Shown here one piece after another: positions 13,501 through 25,660 of a stretch of DNA of 64,000 nucleotides (position 1 is the first letter of the stretch; every line of letters begins with the position of its first letter). The position numbers and the translations under genes were made by a program. The notes below the pieces were generated by a model. The model was not told the DNA's origin. It ran no database searches and saw nothing but the letters and a program-made list of their open reading frames with translations. Source of the DNA: Amphiscolops sp. MND2022 (Eukaryota); the NCBI GenBank assembly GCA_964187785.1, contig OZ076409.1:3660001-3724000 (forward strand). The letters are read 5' to 3'.

Positions 13501-16261
13501 TAAATTTTTTCGGCACTATGAGTTTTTTGAAAATTTTTCTGAGTCTCGCCCGGTTTTGTATGTAACCCAAAATAGAATAACTATTATAGTTCAGTTCTCT
13601 GGGCCAAATGGTACAATTTGGCTCCTCAAAATTTTATAGAACTTGTAGAACTACTTTGGTCAGTCCGTGTGGATTGAAAGAAAAAGAGTCACTAGTATAG
13701 TCGCGTTTCACTTCATGAAGGGCCGACTAAAAACTAAAACCACAATTTGAAAGAAAAAGTTCATTGAAGAGAGCAATAAATTAAAGTATGGGTACAAGTT
13801 CAGTTGAAAATCAACTAAACTTGGCTCAAAATGACTAACGCAGTCAAAAATGGCATAACTTACTAAAATTGTTTTCGACATTCAAATCTCGCAAAGAAGA
13901 AATTTGGAAAAGAAATGAAATGTGTTGGCTAATTTGTATGTAGTGCTAACAGTGTGCTGTGTACAATGACGTCAGGACTGTATGAGCGAATGGGAGTGGC
14001 CACGTCTCTGGTGCAGAACACATGAGCCAAGTCGGCGCCCAGTCGCAGTGACGTCATCGCCACGTAATAAGGCGCCCCTGAGTACCTGAAATTATGTACA
14101 TGACCAGGGGTGCGCAAAATTCGCTATTTGAAAAAGGTTGAAAAAACAATTCAAATACAAAAAAGTTATGAATCCTTTTTAAAAATTTTGTGAAACCTCC
14201 ACCTGCCAATGCTTTCAGAATTTGGCATCAACTGCTTCAACCACATCAATATAGTTGGAAAAAAGTTGTTCTTCATTCTTATTTTTCTTTCAGAATAGCA
14301 TTTGCCCCATCTTGTAGTATAAAACTTCTTGTATTTTCAGTCGGCGCTTTCGTAGAAAGAGACGACCATAGTAGTACAGCGGATCCCGGTTATAGTGAAC
14401 TCGCTTATAGTAGGATCGATCCTGCTTATAGTGAACGCATAGCGCGGTCCCGATTATTTGATCACTAGTATTGACTTAGCCCGCTTATGGTGAATCCTGG
14501 ATATAGTGAACAGCAGTGAGCGGTCCCCAGAGGTTCACCCTAACCGGGATCCACTGTAGTGGCTTTTTTAGGACCGACGAAGTGACAGATTTTATAAGCT
14601 TTATTAGCTGTTGGCAATGTCCTATTTGACAATCTATATACTACATTTGACCTGTAAAAAGTGCTAAGGAGTCCCCTTCCACAACACAACCCATACCGGA
14701 TTTAACGCAAACCCGATATAACGAATCCCGGATACAACGTTTCTTGGAGAATTTTTCAAAGCTGTAAAATGTGCAAAGGAGTCCCTTTCGACAATAACAC
14801 AACCCATTCCGGATTTAACGCAAACCCGATATAACGAATCCCGGATATAACGTTTCTCGGAGAATTTTTCAAAGCTGTTTAAAGCAAAACGGATATAACG
14901 AATTCCTGATACTACGTTTCTTGGAGAATTTTCCATGTTACAAAAGGGTCTCCCTTTGGATTTTTCTGGCGCAAACCCGATTTAACGCAAACCGGATAGA
15001 ACGACACAACCCATACCGGATTTAACGCAAACCGGATATACCGTATACCTGACACAACGTTTCTTGGGATTTTTTTGAAAGCTGTAAAAAATGCTAAATA
15101 AAAATTTTCTCGTACAACATCTAACACGTACTTAAATTCGGATGTAACGTTTTCAATGTTCGGATATAACGTTTTCATTTCTCGTATAATGTTATTGATT
15201 TTCCCCAAATTTTCACATAATTTGCGTTCAATGGAAAGCTTTAGGGTCAGGTTTTCAGTGCTACAAGACTTTTTGGATTTTCGAAAAATCTTTATTCAAC
15301 AAGTGAAACTAAAACCACTTTCCCGGGTACACTTTTGTGCCTTGAGCGGGGCGCCGACTTGAGACGTTCCCGGCTTGTTTGAGGGTGTTGTTTCAAGATC
15401 TCAAGTTTTTCCATCGTTGTCGACCCTCTATACGAATGAATTCCAATATCACAAGGCAGTGAATTGTCGTGTATCGTGTATCAAGTTTTTCGTGTATTTG
15501 CAAAAACAGTTACGTGTACTCGTGTATTTTTACCAAATCGTGTATTTTCGTGTATAATCGTGTATATTCGTGTATTTTTTCTGAAAAATAAAAAGATCTT
15601 CGAAAGTTTGAATTTCAATTTACTATTATAAACAGCAATTTGAATCAAAATTTCAAAGTTTTTTGGCGACATACGGTTTCTTCTTTTCGCGCATCGTATG
15701 TGACCTTGAGAAAATAGTCTTTTGACTGCTTCTGGGCCTGCTGGAATTTCTAAAATTTCAAGGATCAATTTTTTCAACACTTCTGACCCATTTTCTGCTT
15801 CCCAAAATGGACTCACTTTAATTATCGTTTATTTTCCGTGTAAATATCAAAAAATCATGTATCGTGTAGGTTCATGTACAGTCGAACTCGAATAAAAAAA
15901 CATTCGGATATAAGAAACGTTTTCACTCCTCCGATTTTATGCAAGTCAAACATTCTACGTTAATAGGACAACTGATAAAAGAAACTATGGATAAAAGAAA
16001 CGCTTTTCTCACCGCCCAATGAGTTTCTTTTATCCGAGTTTGACTGTATTAAAAATGCAAAAAATCGTGTATCTTGAGTATCTTGTATTGTGTACAATCT
16101 TCACAATTTATCCAATTTACTTACTCGTAAGACCCGCCAATGACCCCGATGCGACCACATTGACCTTTGTGCAGGGCAGAGGTCAAAGCTGGCACACACT
16201 TCCTGAACTGACTCAGCATCTTTTCCTCCTCGTCTTCAAATGCTTCTGTTGATGACGTCAT
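7526..16261 (-). CDS. NAXD: ATP-dependent (S)-NAD(P)H-hydrate dehydratase (NAXD/CARKD); exons 16261..16125, 14085..13951, 13327..13174, 10326..10222, 8840..8581, 7691..7526 (957 nt, 318 aa)
   Basis: Family motifs [70 protein letters not shown]. All five introns are GT-AG with matching phases (2,2,0,0,2). The start could instead be the downstream Met at 16219. Confidence 0.93.
7742..8060 (-). mobile_element. HINE family A copy in NAXD intron 5
   Basis: Same termini as 1418-1900. Confidence 0.8.
11070..11241. mobile_element. pogo/Tigger-like MITE (degenerate)
   Basis: TA|CAGTAAGGGG...CCCCCTATTG|TA with internal TATAACG repeats. Confidence 0.6.
11625..12407 (-). mobile_element. HINE family A copy (composite)
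   Basis: CAAGACGGGAACGTCCAAAGTCGGCGC ... GCGCCGACTAAAA. Confidence 0.8.
12611..12900 (+). mobile_element. tRNA-headed CORE-SINE-like element(s) (related fragment at ~50765-50850)
   Basis: TGTGGTTAGAGC...GGTTCGAATC head, followed by AAGCAAGTCCTT and TGTGACCTCGAGCAAGTCACTT, resembling the CORE consensus TGTGACCTTGGGCAAGTCACTT. Confidence 0.55.
13330..13728 (-). mobile_element. Truncated HINE family A copy abutting NAXD exon 3
   Basis: Internal family repeats and one terminus (GGCCGACTAAAA) are present. Confidence 0.75.
14339..15377 (+). mobile_element. HINE family A termini enclosing a MITE and a ~109-bp tandem repeat (14680-15130)
   Basis: AGTCGGCGC at 14339 and GCGCCGACTTGAGACGTTCCCGGCTTG at 15351-15377. 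Confidence 0.65.
14377..14556. mobile_element. pogo/Tigger-like MITE
   Basis: TA|CAGCGGATCCCGGTTA...TAACCGGGATCCACTG|TA. Confidence 0.8.
15457..16105 (-). mobile_element. Degenerate hAT element with dimerization-domain remnant (ORF 15481-15816) and a nested pogo-like MITE (15879-16046)
   Basis: CAGTGAATTGTCGTGTATCG terminus related to the 34161 [17 protein letters not shown]...[11 protein letters not shown] resembles the hATC motif. Confidence 0.7.
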
Positions 16262-17249
16262 CAATATTGCTGCTATTCTGTGATTGGTCCAGAAAACCGA
16301 AAAGCTATCATCGACCAATCATTAAAAAATCAATTTTTTCGCAGCTCAATTTTTGTCAGTGGATAAAATCAACACTTGTTAACTTTGCGCAAAAAAAAGT
16401 CGCTCATTCACTAAAAATGAGCCTATTAAGCGCGAATGTTCGCTAAATTTATGATTTTCTATAGACAACACAAATGGGCAAAATAGCAGAATAGATACTT
16501 CGATTTGGTAGAACTTCGTATTGGAGAAATTACAGGTCTGTTTTTTCAGATGCCATGTCTGTCTTAAAAATAGTTTTATCAAAATCTGATTTTAAAAAAA
16601 AGGTCAATCCAACTTTGGAAGTAACGTGTTATATGAGGTTTCAAACGGTGTCAAGTTTCTCAGATTTCAATTCAAACAATGATCGAAATGAACTTTACAG
16701 TGGAAATTACTAATAGAAAGAAATCAGGGTTGGGAAAAACGTTTTTGACATGAATGAAACCAATAGCGTGTTTTTTCTCAATAAAAACAGTTTTTTGTTG
16801 TTTTTTAATTTTTGTTGCAAACGTAAGGTTGAAAGCTCAATTTCAATGCACAGAGAGAGCACAATTATTCAGCGTTCAACTGTCGGAATAAAAATGCGAG
16901 CGTGCCAGCTTTCTCAACGCCCATATTTATTAATAATAATAATAATTGAATTTATCCTGGCATATTTAAACAACAAAATACTTTTTTTTCTACTCACAGG
17001 TAGAAAATGACAAATATTTGTACAAAATTGCCAAGGAAGGGGCATCAAGTAAGCTATTAGAAAGCTTTTTGTAAAGATGCCCGAAAGAAAAGTAGTGAAA
17101 AGTTAGAGGCATTTCCAAGAGACTGGATAAGACTGTTTATTTTTTACATATAATTTTTCCTTTTAATTTTATTTCTGATCAGATATAGTATCAGCAGAAA
17201 TCATCCTCGCAAGTCCTTATGTGGAGGACCATGCAATGTGAGAGACTCT

Positions 17250-20156
17250 TCAATATTTATTATAGATAATACTTATCAGTTCATCATTTCCAAAAATGTA
17301 AAGATCTGCAATTTGGTGGTAGAACTTTTTATATTGCTTTTCATCCATTTCGCATATGTTTTTATCAGGAGGCAATACTCCCCATTTGCGTAATGCATTC
17401 GTTAATATTATTGCACGATAATCAAGAAGATCATTTTTTTCAGCAAAATTCCATATATTGAGATTTTGGTTCCTCGTTTGTCTATTCTGTATCCCAATAT
17501 TGAGAATTTTGAATCCATTTCTGATCTGATCAAGTGAAAATTTGAATAATTCATAGAGGTGATGTTCGAATACTGTTCCAATCCTGAATTCCTTGAATTT
17601 TTCTATGACACTGGCCCATGGAGGAAGCCGTAGAACTATCCGGATTAATTTTTTCTGAAGCAATAGAATTTTTTGTAGCTTAGATTTAGGTCCTAACCCA
17701 TAGAGAAGTGCACCATATTGAACAACTGGTGATACATATGATCTAATATACTGTATTAGTTGTCTTTTATTCAAAGTTTCCCTTAATTTATAAAGTATGC
17801 CACTATGTCGCGCAAGTTTTTGGATGACCTTGGTAATGTGTACTTCAAAATTAAGTTTTTTTATCAAAAAAGATTCCTAAATATTTATAACTCTCAATAG
17901 AGGATATTTCATTGTCCCCAATTTTTATGTTCGAGTACTTCACAGATCTTTTCTCAAAAACGACAAATTTTGTTTTTTCAGAATTACAGGCAACTCTGTT
18001 TTCCGACATCCAATTTTGCAAAAGATTTTTATCATCAGAGTTAGAGTTTAATTCATCTATCATAGCTGTATCATCAGCGTAAAGTATGAGGTCGCCCTGC
18101 CAATTTGGGTCGGTACCAAGATCATTTATATAAACAAGAAACAACAGACGTCCCAATATTGATCCCTGTGGTACTCCACGTATTATAGGTTTAATCGTAG
18201 AGCATTTATCCTCAATTTTCACAAACTGATACCTATCTGTCAAATAATGTTCTAAGAGTTTATGGGTTATGCCCCTGATACCGATATGGTATAACTTTTG
18301 TAATAAAATTTTGTGGTCAACTGAGTCAAACGCTTTTTTGAAATCAACAAAAATACAGTTTGTTTTCACTTTGGATTTCCAATTACTTTGAATTTTTTTC
18401 CATAACATCGTAGCTGCTTGTAAGCAATCTTTCTTTTTTCTAAAACCGTATTGATTTTCTGATAGTATTGAAAATTTTTCTAGATAATTCATGAGTCTTT
18501 TATGAATTACTTTCTCAAATATCTTTGATAGATTTCCCAAGATCGAAATCGGTCTATAGTTGGATGTTATATTTTTTTCTCCATCTTTAAAAATTGGAAC
18601 AACTTTAGCAATTTTCATACTTTTAGGGAAAACGCCTTCGGATATACATTTATTAAAAGCTGTTTTTAAATAGGGAGTGATAATTTGAGCCGCTGCTTTC
18701 AATATTCTCACGTTCACGCCATCTAATCCAACCGATTTTTTGTTTTTTAATTTGGCAATAAAATTATAAACTTCTTCATTAGTAACTGGAAAGAAGTACA
18801 TAGATTGCGAATGATATCCTTGTTGACTTGTCCATTTACTGGACATCGGTGCATTAATTTCTGGATCACAAGCAGTTATGAAATAATCATTGAATTGATC
18901 AACAGTCAATTCACTGGATTTTTTCACCTGAGTTTCTACTCCTCTCGATCTTTTTATATACTTGAAGAGTTCTTTTGGATTATTCCGATCAACTTTGCTT
19001 TGAACGTCATTCCGTTTAGCAGCTCTTATTTCCTTGTTAACTTCATTCCGCTTCACTTTGTATCTATGTAAGACCTCTGGTGATTTTGTTCTGATCCATA
19101 ATTGGTAGATTTTATCTCTGATAACTATATGCCTTTTGATACGGTTTGTTATCCAAGATTTATTGGGATCACGTCGTTTTATTCGTTTAAGTGGGAAGTA
19201 TTTCTCTGTTGCCTCTTTCAGGGTTTTTGTAATATTATCGAGATATGTTTCTGCTTTTGCATCTGATTCGGGAATTTTACCCTGAGAATGACTGAGAAAA
19301 AATAGAAACTTTTCACAATAAAGTGGATCGTCTAGCTTTTTTAAAGATCTAAATTCAAAAATCTCTTCTAATACTTCATAGTAAATATCTAAATCTAATT
19401 TAAGACTATAGTGATCAGAGAACGTGGTTTTTTCTATCTGGGATCTTTGAACAGTGATGTTACTGTATATAGAGTCAATACATGTTTCTCGTGTAGGTTC
19501 TCTCAAACTCACCAAGTCAAGACCTTGTGAATACATTAAATACTCTAATGATACTCGTGTAGCTAGATTTTCGTTTAACATATCAATATTGAAATCTCCA
19601 CAGGCTATCTGTAACCCGCCACTGTTGATTTCAAGAACTTCTTCGACGTGATCTAAATACTTACTTTTGTTTCTGGAAGGTTCGCAATAAAAACAAGAAA
19701 CTATGACTTTCTTTGTCTTTTTGAAGTCACTAACTTTCACTGAAATTGACTCATTGTATTCATCAGTGTGCAGGAGTTCTGCTTTCAAATCTAGCGTTAC
19801 ATAAATTGCTACACCGCCACCTCGTTTTTTAGTTCTAGTGCTGGCCAAAGGTCTGTCGTATCCTTCAAGACAATATAATTCTGCGTCACTTTCGCTCTTG
19901 AACCATGTTTCAGTGAGTGCAATGATTGAAGGCTTTCTTTCTGCTATCAAAATTTCTAAATTACCTAAGTTGGTTGATACGGATCTTATATTATTGTAGA
20001 AAAACGTAAATCCCTGCAACGTTCTATTTTTTGAGTTAGTGTTTAGTGATCTTATATATTTACAGTCTGTCTCCAATGCCTCTTCGGAGTTGCTTGGGTT
20101 GCTAGTTTTTATAGTTTGAAATAAGCAACTCCGTCGCTGTTAATGCTTTCTAACAT
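17250..20156 (-). pseudogene. LINE ORF2 (APE endonuclease + reverse transcriptase) with two 1-bp frameshifts
   Basis: NIRS, LTETW, GGGVAIYV, GDFNID, SDH endonuclease motifs; NYRPIS, DFKKAFDSV, GVPQGSILG, YADD, YLG RT motifs. ATG 20156 follows the ORF1 stop; frameshifts fall in A-runs near 20117 and 17860. Confidence 0.9.
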
Positions 20157-20157
20157 T

Positions 20158-21015
20158 TCACTTCTTTTGGCCATTTTCACTTTCGTTTAATCCAGTTTTT
20201 TTCAGTGGGGGCGAACAACCGATCAAATTTTGAATAAAGTTTTCTAAGCCATCTGTATCAGAAGCCTGCTTGTACTCTTTCAGTTTATTTGTAATATCCA
20301 CGTTTGAGAGCATATTGGGTGAATCCATAGGAAGCGGTCTTTTAGCTCTTGGTTCGCGTGGAGTTTCAGTAGCGGCACTTTTTCTCACTATAGCCTTGCC
20401 ACTTGTAAGAATTTCGTCTGCATCTGTTTCATCAACAATGAAATGAGACCTTGTATGCTGTCCGTCCTTCAGGAGCACCACTGGAGCACTGTTTTTCGAA
20501 GACACTTTGAGGCCCAATCCAGCTGCATAATCCGATAAGTCCCTGTCCCTCTTTGTCAGCCTCTCATGCATGAAAACAGGTTTATTGTTAACTGGGTTTC
20601 CGAAATTTCTGAGCCAATATTTCCTTGCCCATATCCTATCTTTTTTCCAAAAATGGACAAACTTGACTATTACAGGGGGTGGGAATTTGATATCCTTGAC
20701 TTGTCCCAGAAAATGACATGCTACAAGGTCTTGTTCATTTACCTGAGTTTGGAAGACTCGTGAGAAAAAGTTGATAACATCAGCTACTAAGTTGTTTCCG
20801 GAGATAAGAGGTAAGTTTTGAATAATAATTGAGTCCTTGGATGTATAACGCTCAATTCGATTAACAGATGTCTCAAGATACGCAACTTTTTGTTCCAGGG
20901 TTTCAATAGTTTTGTCTTTTTCCTGTAGATTTTGAATCAATTTCGAAAGAAATTCTTGTAATTCAGGCTGTATTTTATTGCCAAGTTTATTCAGCTCTTG
21001 CACTAAGTCCGCCAT
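20158..21015 (-). CDS. LINE ORF1 protein (coiled coil plus RRM-like region)
   Basis: MADLVQEL... coiled coil, then SIIIQNLP, DLVACHFLG, PPPVIVKF and VFMHERLT motifs typical of CR1/L2-type ORF1. Confidence 0.8.
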   Translation of the reverse strand: MADLVQELNKLGNKIQPELQEFLSKLIQNLQEKDKTIETLEQKVAYLETSVNRIERYTSKDSIIIQNLPLISGNNLVADVINFFSRVFQTQVNEQDLVACHFLGQVKDIKFPPPVIVKFVHFWKKDRIWARKYWLRNFGNPVNNKPVFMHERLTKRDRDLSDYAAGLGLKVSSKNSAPVVLLKDGQHTRSHFIVDETDADEILTSGKAIVRKSAATETPREPRAKRPLPMDSPNMLSNVDITNKLKEYKQASDTDGLENFIQNLIGCSPPLKKTGLNESENGQKK

Positions 21016-21347
21016 GTTTATTTTCAGCTTTGAAATTTGGCCTTGAATGTGTTTCAACTGCAGCGACGAAAAGCACAACCGTTCAGCTTGACATCTGTCT
21101 CGTTTGTTATTCGAGGAGAACCATAGGTAAGGCCTAAAGCAGAGTTTTCTGTGTATATTATGCCTTGTCGGAACTCTTCAGACTTAAGATTTTTTTGGTA
21201 CGAGGCATAGCTACGTGCAAAATCAATGTTTTTTTTCGTTACTGTTCAGAACATTATTTTTTATTGCTGTTTAAAAAAGTTTAAAACAAACGTGACAGTC
21301 TTGAAAGAGAACCAGGATAAAATTACAGTCATTTCTCAAGGGTACTA

Positions 21348-21522
21348 CAGTGGAAGCCGCTTATATTGGACGCCTCGGGACTGGGTACTCTTGTCTACTA
21401 TATCCGTTGTCTCTTATATCAGTAGTACCATCGACCGGGTCAGGTAGGCCAGTGGACCAAAATATGCGTGCCAATTAAGCGGTGTCTCTTATACGCGTGT
21501 CGCATTTAAGCGGCTTCAACTG
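21348..21522. mobile_element. pogo/Tigger-like MITE
   Basis: TA|CAGTGGAAGCCGCTTA...TAAGCGGCTTCAACTG|TA. Confidence 0.8.
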
Positions 21523-23861
21523 TACTTGGAAAACGACGAAAAAAGTGACGAGAAAACCAATCCATGAATGCGATTAAAAGACATTTACGGAGAAAAGATT
21601 ACTATTCTTGATTCTATTCACACGACGGTTGGCGGTTCGGACCATGAGTTCAATCAAACCCAAATGGTGTTGAATCTGACCCCGGTTAAATCTTGTATGA
21701 AATCCCCTCCCCAACACGAACGAACATTTCATTCTTGAAAATTATATTTTCAGCTAATAAGAGAATATTATATGTAAGATGTAAGTACTCAGAGGATTGT
21801 CTTTACAGCTGTTTTTTACCCTAATTTTTCGATATCATTGTCCAAAATAGCAAAAATTCAAGCACAGAACAAGATAAAACAGAATAAGGCCCTATTTCAA
21901 CGCGAATTTTCTCCGTGATAAACTCTAATGTGCAACTTTTAATTGACAGTCAATGTAATGGATAGGATTATGTCGACATCAATTATTTTATTGGGCCAAA
22001 TTTTCAACGCAAACGATGTCGATATAATGTAATTGAACACATGGTCCGGTACTTCTTCCAGGTGAAAAAAACAGTATGATTGACCACAAAATCTATTAAT
22101 TGATAAACATTTGGATTTAGTATGGCGATATTTGTAGTAGTAGCAGCAGCACATTTAATGATAATTGGGATGAAAACGAAGAGAGAACAGAGAAGACTAT
22201 AGAATTTGGCACCAAGTTTGAATCAAGCGAGTTCGTTCACCCAACACGAAGATGAGTTAGTAGCTGGATAATTATTTTCCCATAGTTTACGTCAACTGGC
22301 GATTGAAGAAATGCTTCATCATATTAAAAATGTAGAAAATTTCGTTCGAATCGTACTGACAGTTTTTGAGATTATCGAAAAAAGTCCAAAACCGGATGTT
22401 TTTTTGGCCATTTTTGGGCTACTTTTAGCTATGTTTCTCAGATCCTAGTCATTCGATTTTGATGCCATTGAGCACGCAGTTGCATATTTGGGTGCAAAAT
22501 GACCATGATTTTTTTTGAAAAAATAGTATGGACAGTTTTTGACAAAGTTAAAATTTTCATTGAAAGGTCGCGGGAAAAACTTTTTCCGACTCCTAATAAT
22601 TAACTCCGAAAAACAGAACTGACTCCCTTAAAGCGGAAAATGCATCTTTTCGGGATTCCTCACACTGTGGGGGAGGTTCATTATTGTTCATGGTTTTGGT
22701 AACAAGCGGGAAACGACCCAAATTGGCGTCCCGCTTGAAGCTCCATTACAGTGCATCTGCAAGCTTTTTCTGAGCGTTTTGCGAAAATCAGGACACGCTC
22801 ACTGAATTCATTCCCTTTTAATGTTCGTTGCCTTAGTTTCCTTTGAAGTTGAAATCTTACTTTCCGCAAATTTGTGTTATTGGATGTCCGAGGAAAGTTA
22901 ATGAGGCCAATTAGTTACCATTCATGACAGGCCTTAAAAGCGCTAATTAAGTAAAAGGCAAATAGAGCAAATTCTGTTTCAGAATCTAGAAATATAATCA
23001 GTAGATTATTTCTCACTTTCCGCAACAATCATCATCTTAGTTTCTGCATTTATTCTGAAATCTGATGAAAATTGATAGAAAAGAATATTTGGAACTTTTT
23101 ATCGAATGAAGCTTTACGATTCGACCTGTGATTGGAACCGAATTCTTTTCATTTCCATTCTAACTGATCTCATGAAATATACAAGTTTTATCCAACTGAT
23201 TATAAAGCTTAAACCGAAAATGGAAAGCTCGAATCATACCTAATTGAATAAAAACATTCGGGTAATTTAATATTTAGACTTACAATTGATCTCGTGACGC
23301 TTTTCTATTTTTTAAAATTTTTTAGCACTCTAAATTCCAACGGACTTTCAACGAAACTTTTCTTGTAAAATTTTCGTTTCATTCAAAGTAATTCAATTCT
23401 TCAAATCAAATTCAATTAATTATTGCGTAGCGGTGCAATTGGTACAAAAATTGGTTTCAAATGTGAAATCACTGAATGCTAATGCTTTCTGGGGTGACGG
23501 CTCAGTGGTTCAGAATCGAGTTCAAGCTTCTTTAGTCGATTTTTTTTCTATCTCAAACCAGTTGAAACTATGTATGAAACTAAATTTCGAACCCTCTTAA
23601 GATTGGTTATTATGCATTTTGTGGAATCCAAGACACGAATTTGTCGGCATACTGTCCGAATATTTTTGGTCCTAGTTTCTACAAACTGAAACCGGCTAAC
23701 GTATTAGGCCATGCCCTCGAGTTCCGAAAAATTCCGTGGCTTAGTTTCGGCAAAATCAGAGCTGATTTGCGAATTTTACACGTTTTGAGACAAGTTTGCG
23801 AAATCGGAGGGCCTACACGCACGAAAAGGTGACTGTAGCGATTTAGCTTGCATATGCACAG

Positions 23862-24357
23862 TGATAGAAAGGCCAGTAGTTAGTCATTCCGAAACTAGCG
23901 GCAATACCGAAAGGAACAGGCATAAACCATTACACCTAATTCCAGAATAATAAGATGAACTGAGTTCTACACTGATGGATACTTGCTGAGGCAGAAAAAA
24001 TTGAAAGTAACCAAAACATCAAGTGGGAAAACGAGAGATAGGACTTTCGCGAAAAAGACGTTTAGTTACTAAAAGTTACGGTCATGAAAACACGTTAAAA
24101 GTGGAAGAAGAAAAGGCGAACGATCAACACTGCCAAGACTAGTGATTTTCACACAAGAGACTAGCAGGATCGCCGCATGAATGAACCTTCCGCGTCGTGT
24201 GTGTTTCACAGTGTGGGCTGAAACCAATTTGCTTTACGACGCCAATCAACAAACTGTCAGAAACCAACTGTACGGTGCTAGAATAACTCAATAATAGAGA
24301 CTGTTGTTCTATATATATGCTAAACTAGCTGATCGATAAAAACTGTTGTTTCTATCA
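23862..24357. mobile_element. LTR-like segment (TGATAGAAA...TTTCTATCA termini)
   Basis: 9-bp terminal inverted repeat with TG...CA ends. It begins where a host repeat (shared with 31660-31900) breaks off. No TSD or partner LTR seen. Confidence 0.4.
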
Positions 24358-24636
24358 AATTGTTTTCTGATTAAGAACGTTAACGAGAAAGTAGAACTGA
24401 TTTAGAGCGGGAATGAGCAAAAACTAATGAATGAACAGCATGGAAGCATGAACAAAGTAGCATTTTTCAATTGATATTACAGTTGTTCAAATCTGATTTG
24501 TCGAATTCAAATTAGACTCAGTTTCTGGCATGTCAACATGTTTGCATGTTCTTTTCCTTTAGATATTCAACATTCTCCCCGCGTTGAACTAGCTTCAAAA
24601 TTTGTATTCTCTTTCAGATTATTCTTGCTTGTTGAA

Positions 24637-25524
24637 ATGGATGCCCAAAAAAACAATGAGATTGTTGACCAGAAGTTGAAGAAGCCATATCCAGTCAGAA
24701 TGAGGGGAAATACATCCATGAAAGCGAATCTGCGGACTGAGGCGAGAAGTTATGAGCTTGTTGACGGGAATCTGAAGAAGGCGGGCTTGTTTGTATTGCA
24801 TGAGAGTGACTTCGTAGAGGAAGTGCAAAAAATCCACGGGCGTTTTGGAGACAATCATCTTTATGGCTTGAGGAATGTGGAAACCCAGTTGAGGAAGAAG
24901 TGGCATTGTGTTGGTTTACGCCAAAAATTGCACAAGTTGTGTAAGAATCGGTGCAAACGTTGCCAATTGACAAACGGGGGTGTGATATGGTTCCAGCGAA
25001 TCATCCGGCAATTTGAACCACCAAGTGAAGAAGTCGCCATAAGTATCTGTCATCGACTGAATTTGAAGTATGTGGGTGTTCCCGAGGTATCCTACTGTTT
25101 GCCATTCAGGCAGCCGATGTCCGTCGACGCAATAGCACCGAATGGGAACTGTGTGTTTTTGTCCATCCTTTATTCAATTGGGGCAGACACAGCACAGCAC
25201 GCAGAGTTTAGACGCCAGGTTTTTGCTCATCTTGAAAGGGAGGAAATAGCTAAAGCGCTGAGGGAAATTTATGAAGACGGCTTCGATCTGTGTCTTGAAC
25301 ATCGTGAGGAAGAGTCCAAAGTTCATGCAAGAGTGTGCGGAATCGTCATCCATGCGGCAGCTTCCTTGATTGGAGTGGATATTCTTGTACACTGGGAGGG
25401 TGAAGATGGTGTGCTGGAATGGATGCTGGGACTGGCCTCCTTGAAGAAGAGGAACTGGGGCAGTCATCAAGTTGCTCTTCGCTGGGTGAATGATCACGTG
25501 GATTTCGTCAATAAAGTAAAATGA
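24637..25524 (+). CDS. Antisense ORF (295 aa): integrase-type H2C2 zinc finger plus OTU-like cysteine protease domain
   Basis: YP..MKANLRTEARSYELVDGNL then H(GRFGDN)H..G...C(KR)C. The C-terminal part has APNGNCVFLSI...HAEFRRQV...IHAAASLIGVDILV...NDHVDFV. A TTTCAG acceptor ends at 24617, just before ATG 24637. Confidence 0.7.
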   Translation: MDAQKNNEIVDQKLKKPYPVRMRGNTSMKANLRTEARSYELVDGNLKKAGLFVLHESDFVEEVQKIHGRFGDNHLYGLRNVETQLRKKWHCVGLRQKLHKLCKNRCKRCQLTNGGVIWFQRIIRQFEPPSEEVAISICHRLNLKYVGVPEVSYCLPFRQPMSVDAIAPNGNCVFLSILYSIGADTAQHAEFRRQVFAHLEREEIAKALREIYEDGFDLCLEHREEESKVHARVCGIVIHAAASLIGVDILVHWEGEDGVLEWMLGLASLKKRNWGSHQVALRWVNDHVDFVNKVK

Positions 25525-25537
25525 CGTTAGTTATTTG

Positions 25538-25649
25538 ACATCTTCTCTAGGTAGATTGAAAATGGGTAGGGTAAGTGAATAATAACAATAACCACATCTT
25601 CTCTAGGTAGATTGAAAATGGGTAGGGTAAGTGAATAACAACAATAACC
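25538..25649. repeat. Tandem duplication of a 56-bp unit between the convergent stop codons
   Basis: ACATCTTCTCTAGGTAGATTGAAAATGGGTAGGGTAAGTGAATAA(T/C)AACAATAACC occurs twice with one mismatch. Confidence 0.95.
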
Positions 25650-25660
25650 TTGTAACTTCA

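Larger units (their letters stand above)
16928..21105 (-). mobile_element. Near-full-length non-LTR retrotransposon (CR1/Jockey-group LINE) with ORF1 and APE-RT ORF2
   Basis: ORF1 is followed by an APE endonuclease and RT. An (ATT)n microsatellite tail lies at about 16928-16946. The 5' end is approximate. Confidence 0.9.

Noticed and set aside
24538..24636. N-terminal 33 codons of the 328-aa ORF
   Set aside because: They overlap the LTR/PPT and a splice-acceptor tract; Met 24637 is the more plausible start.
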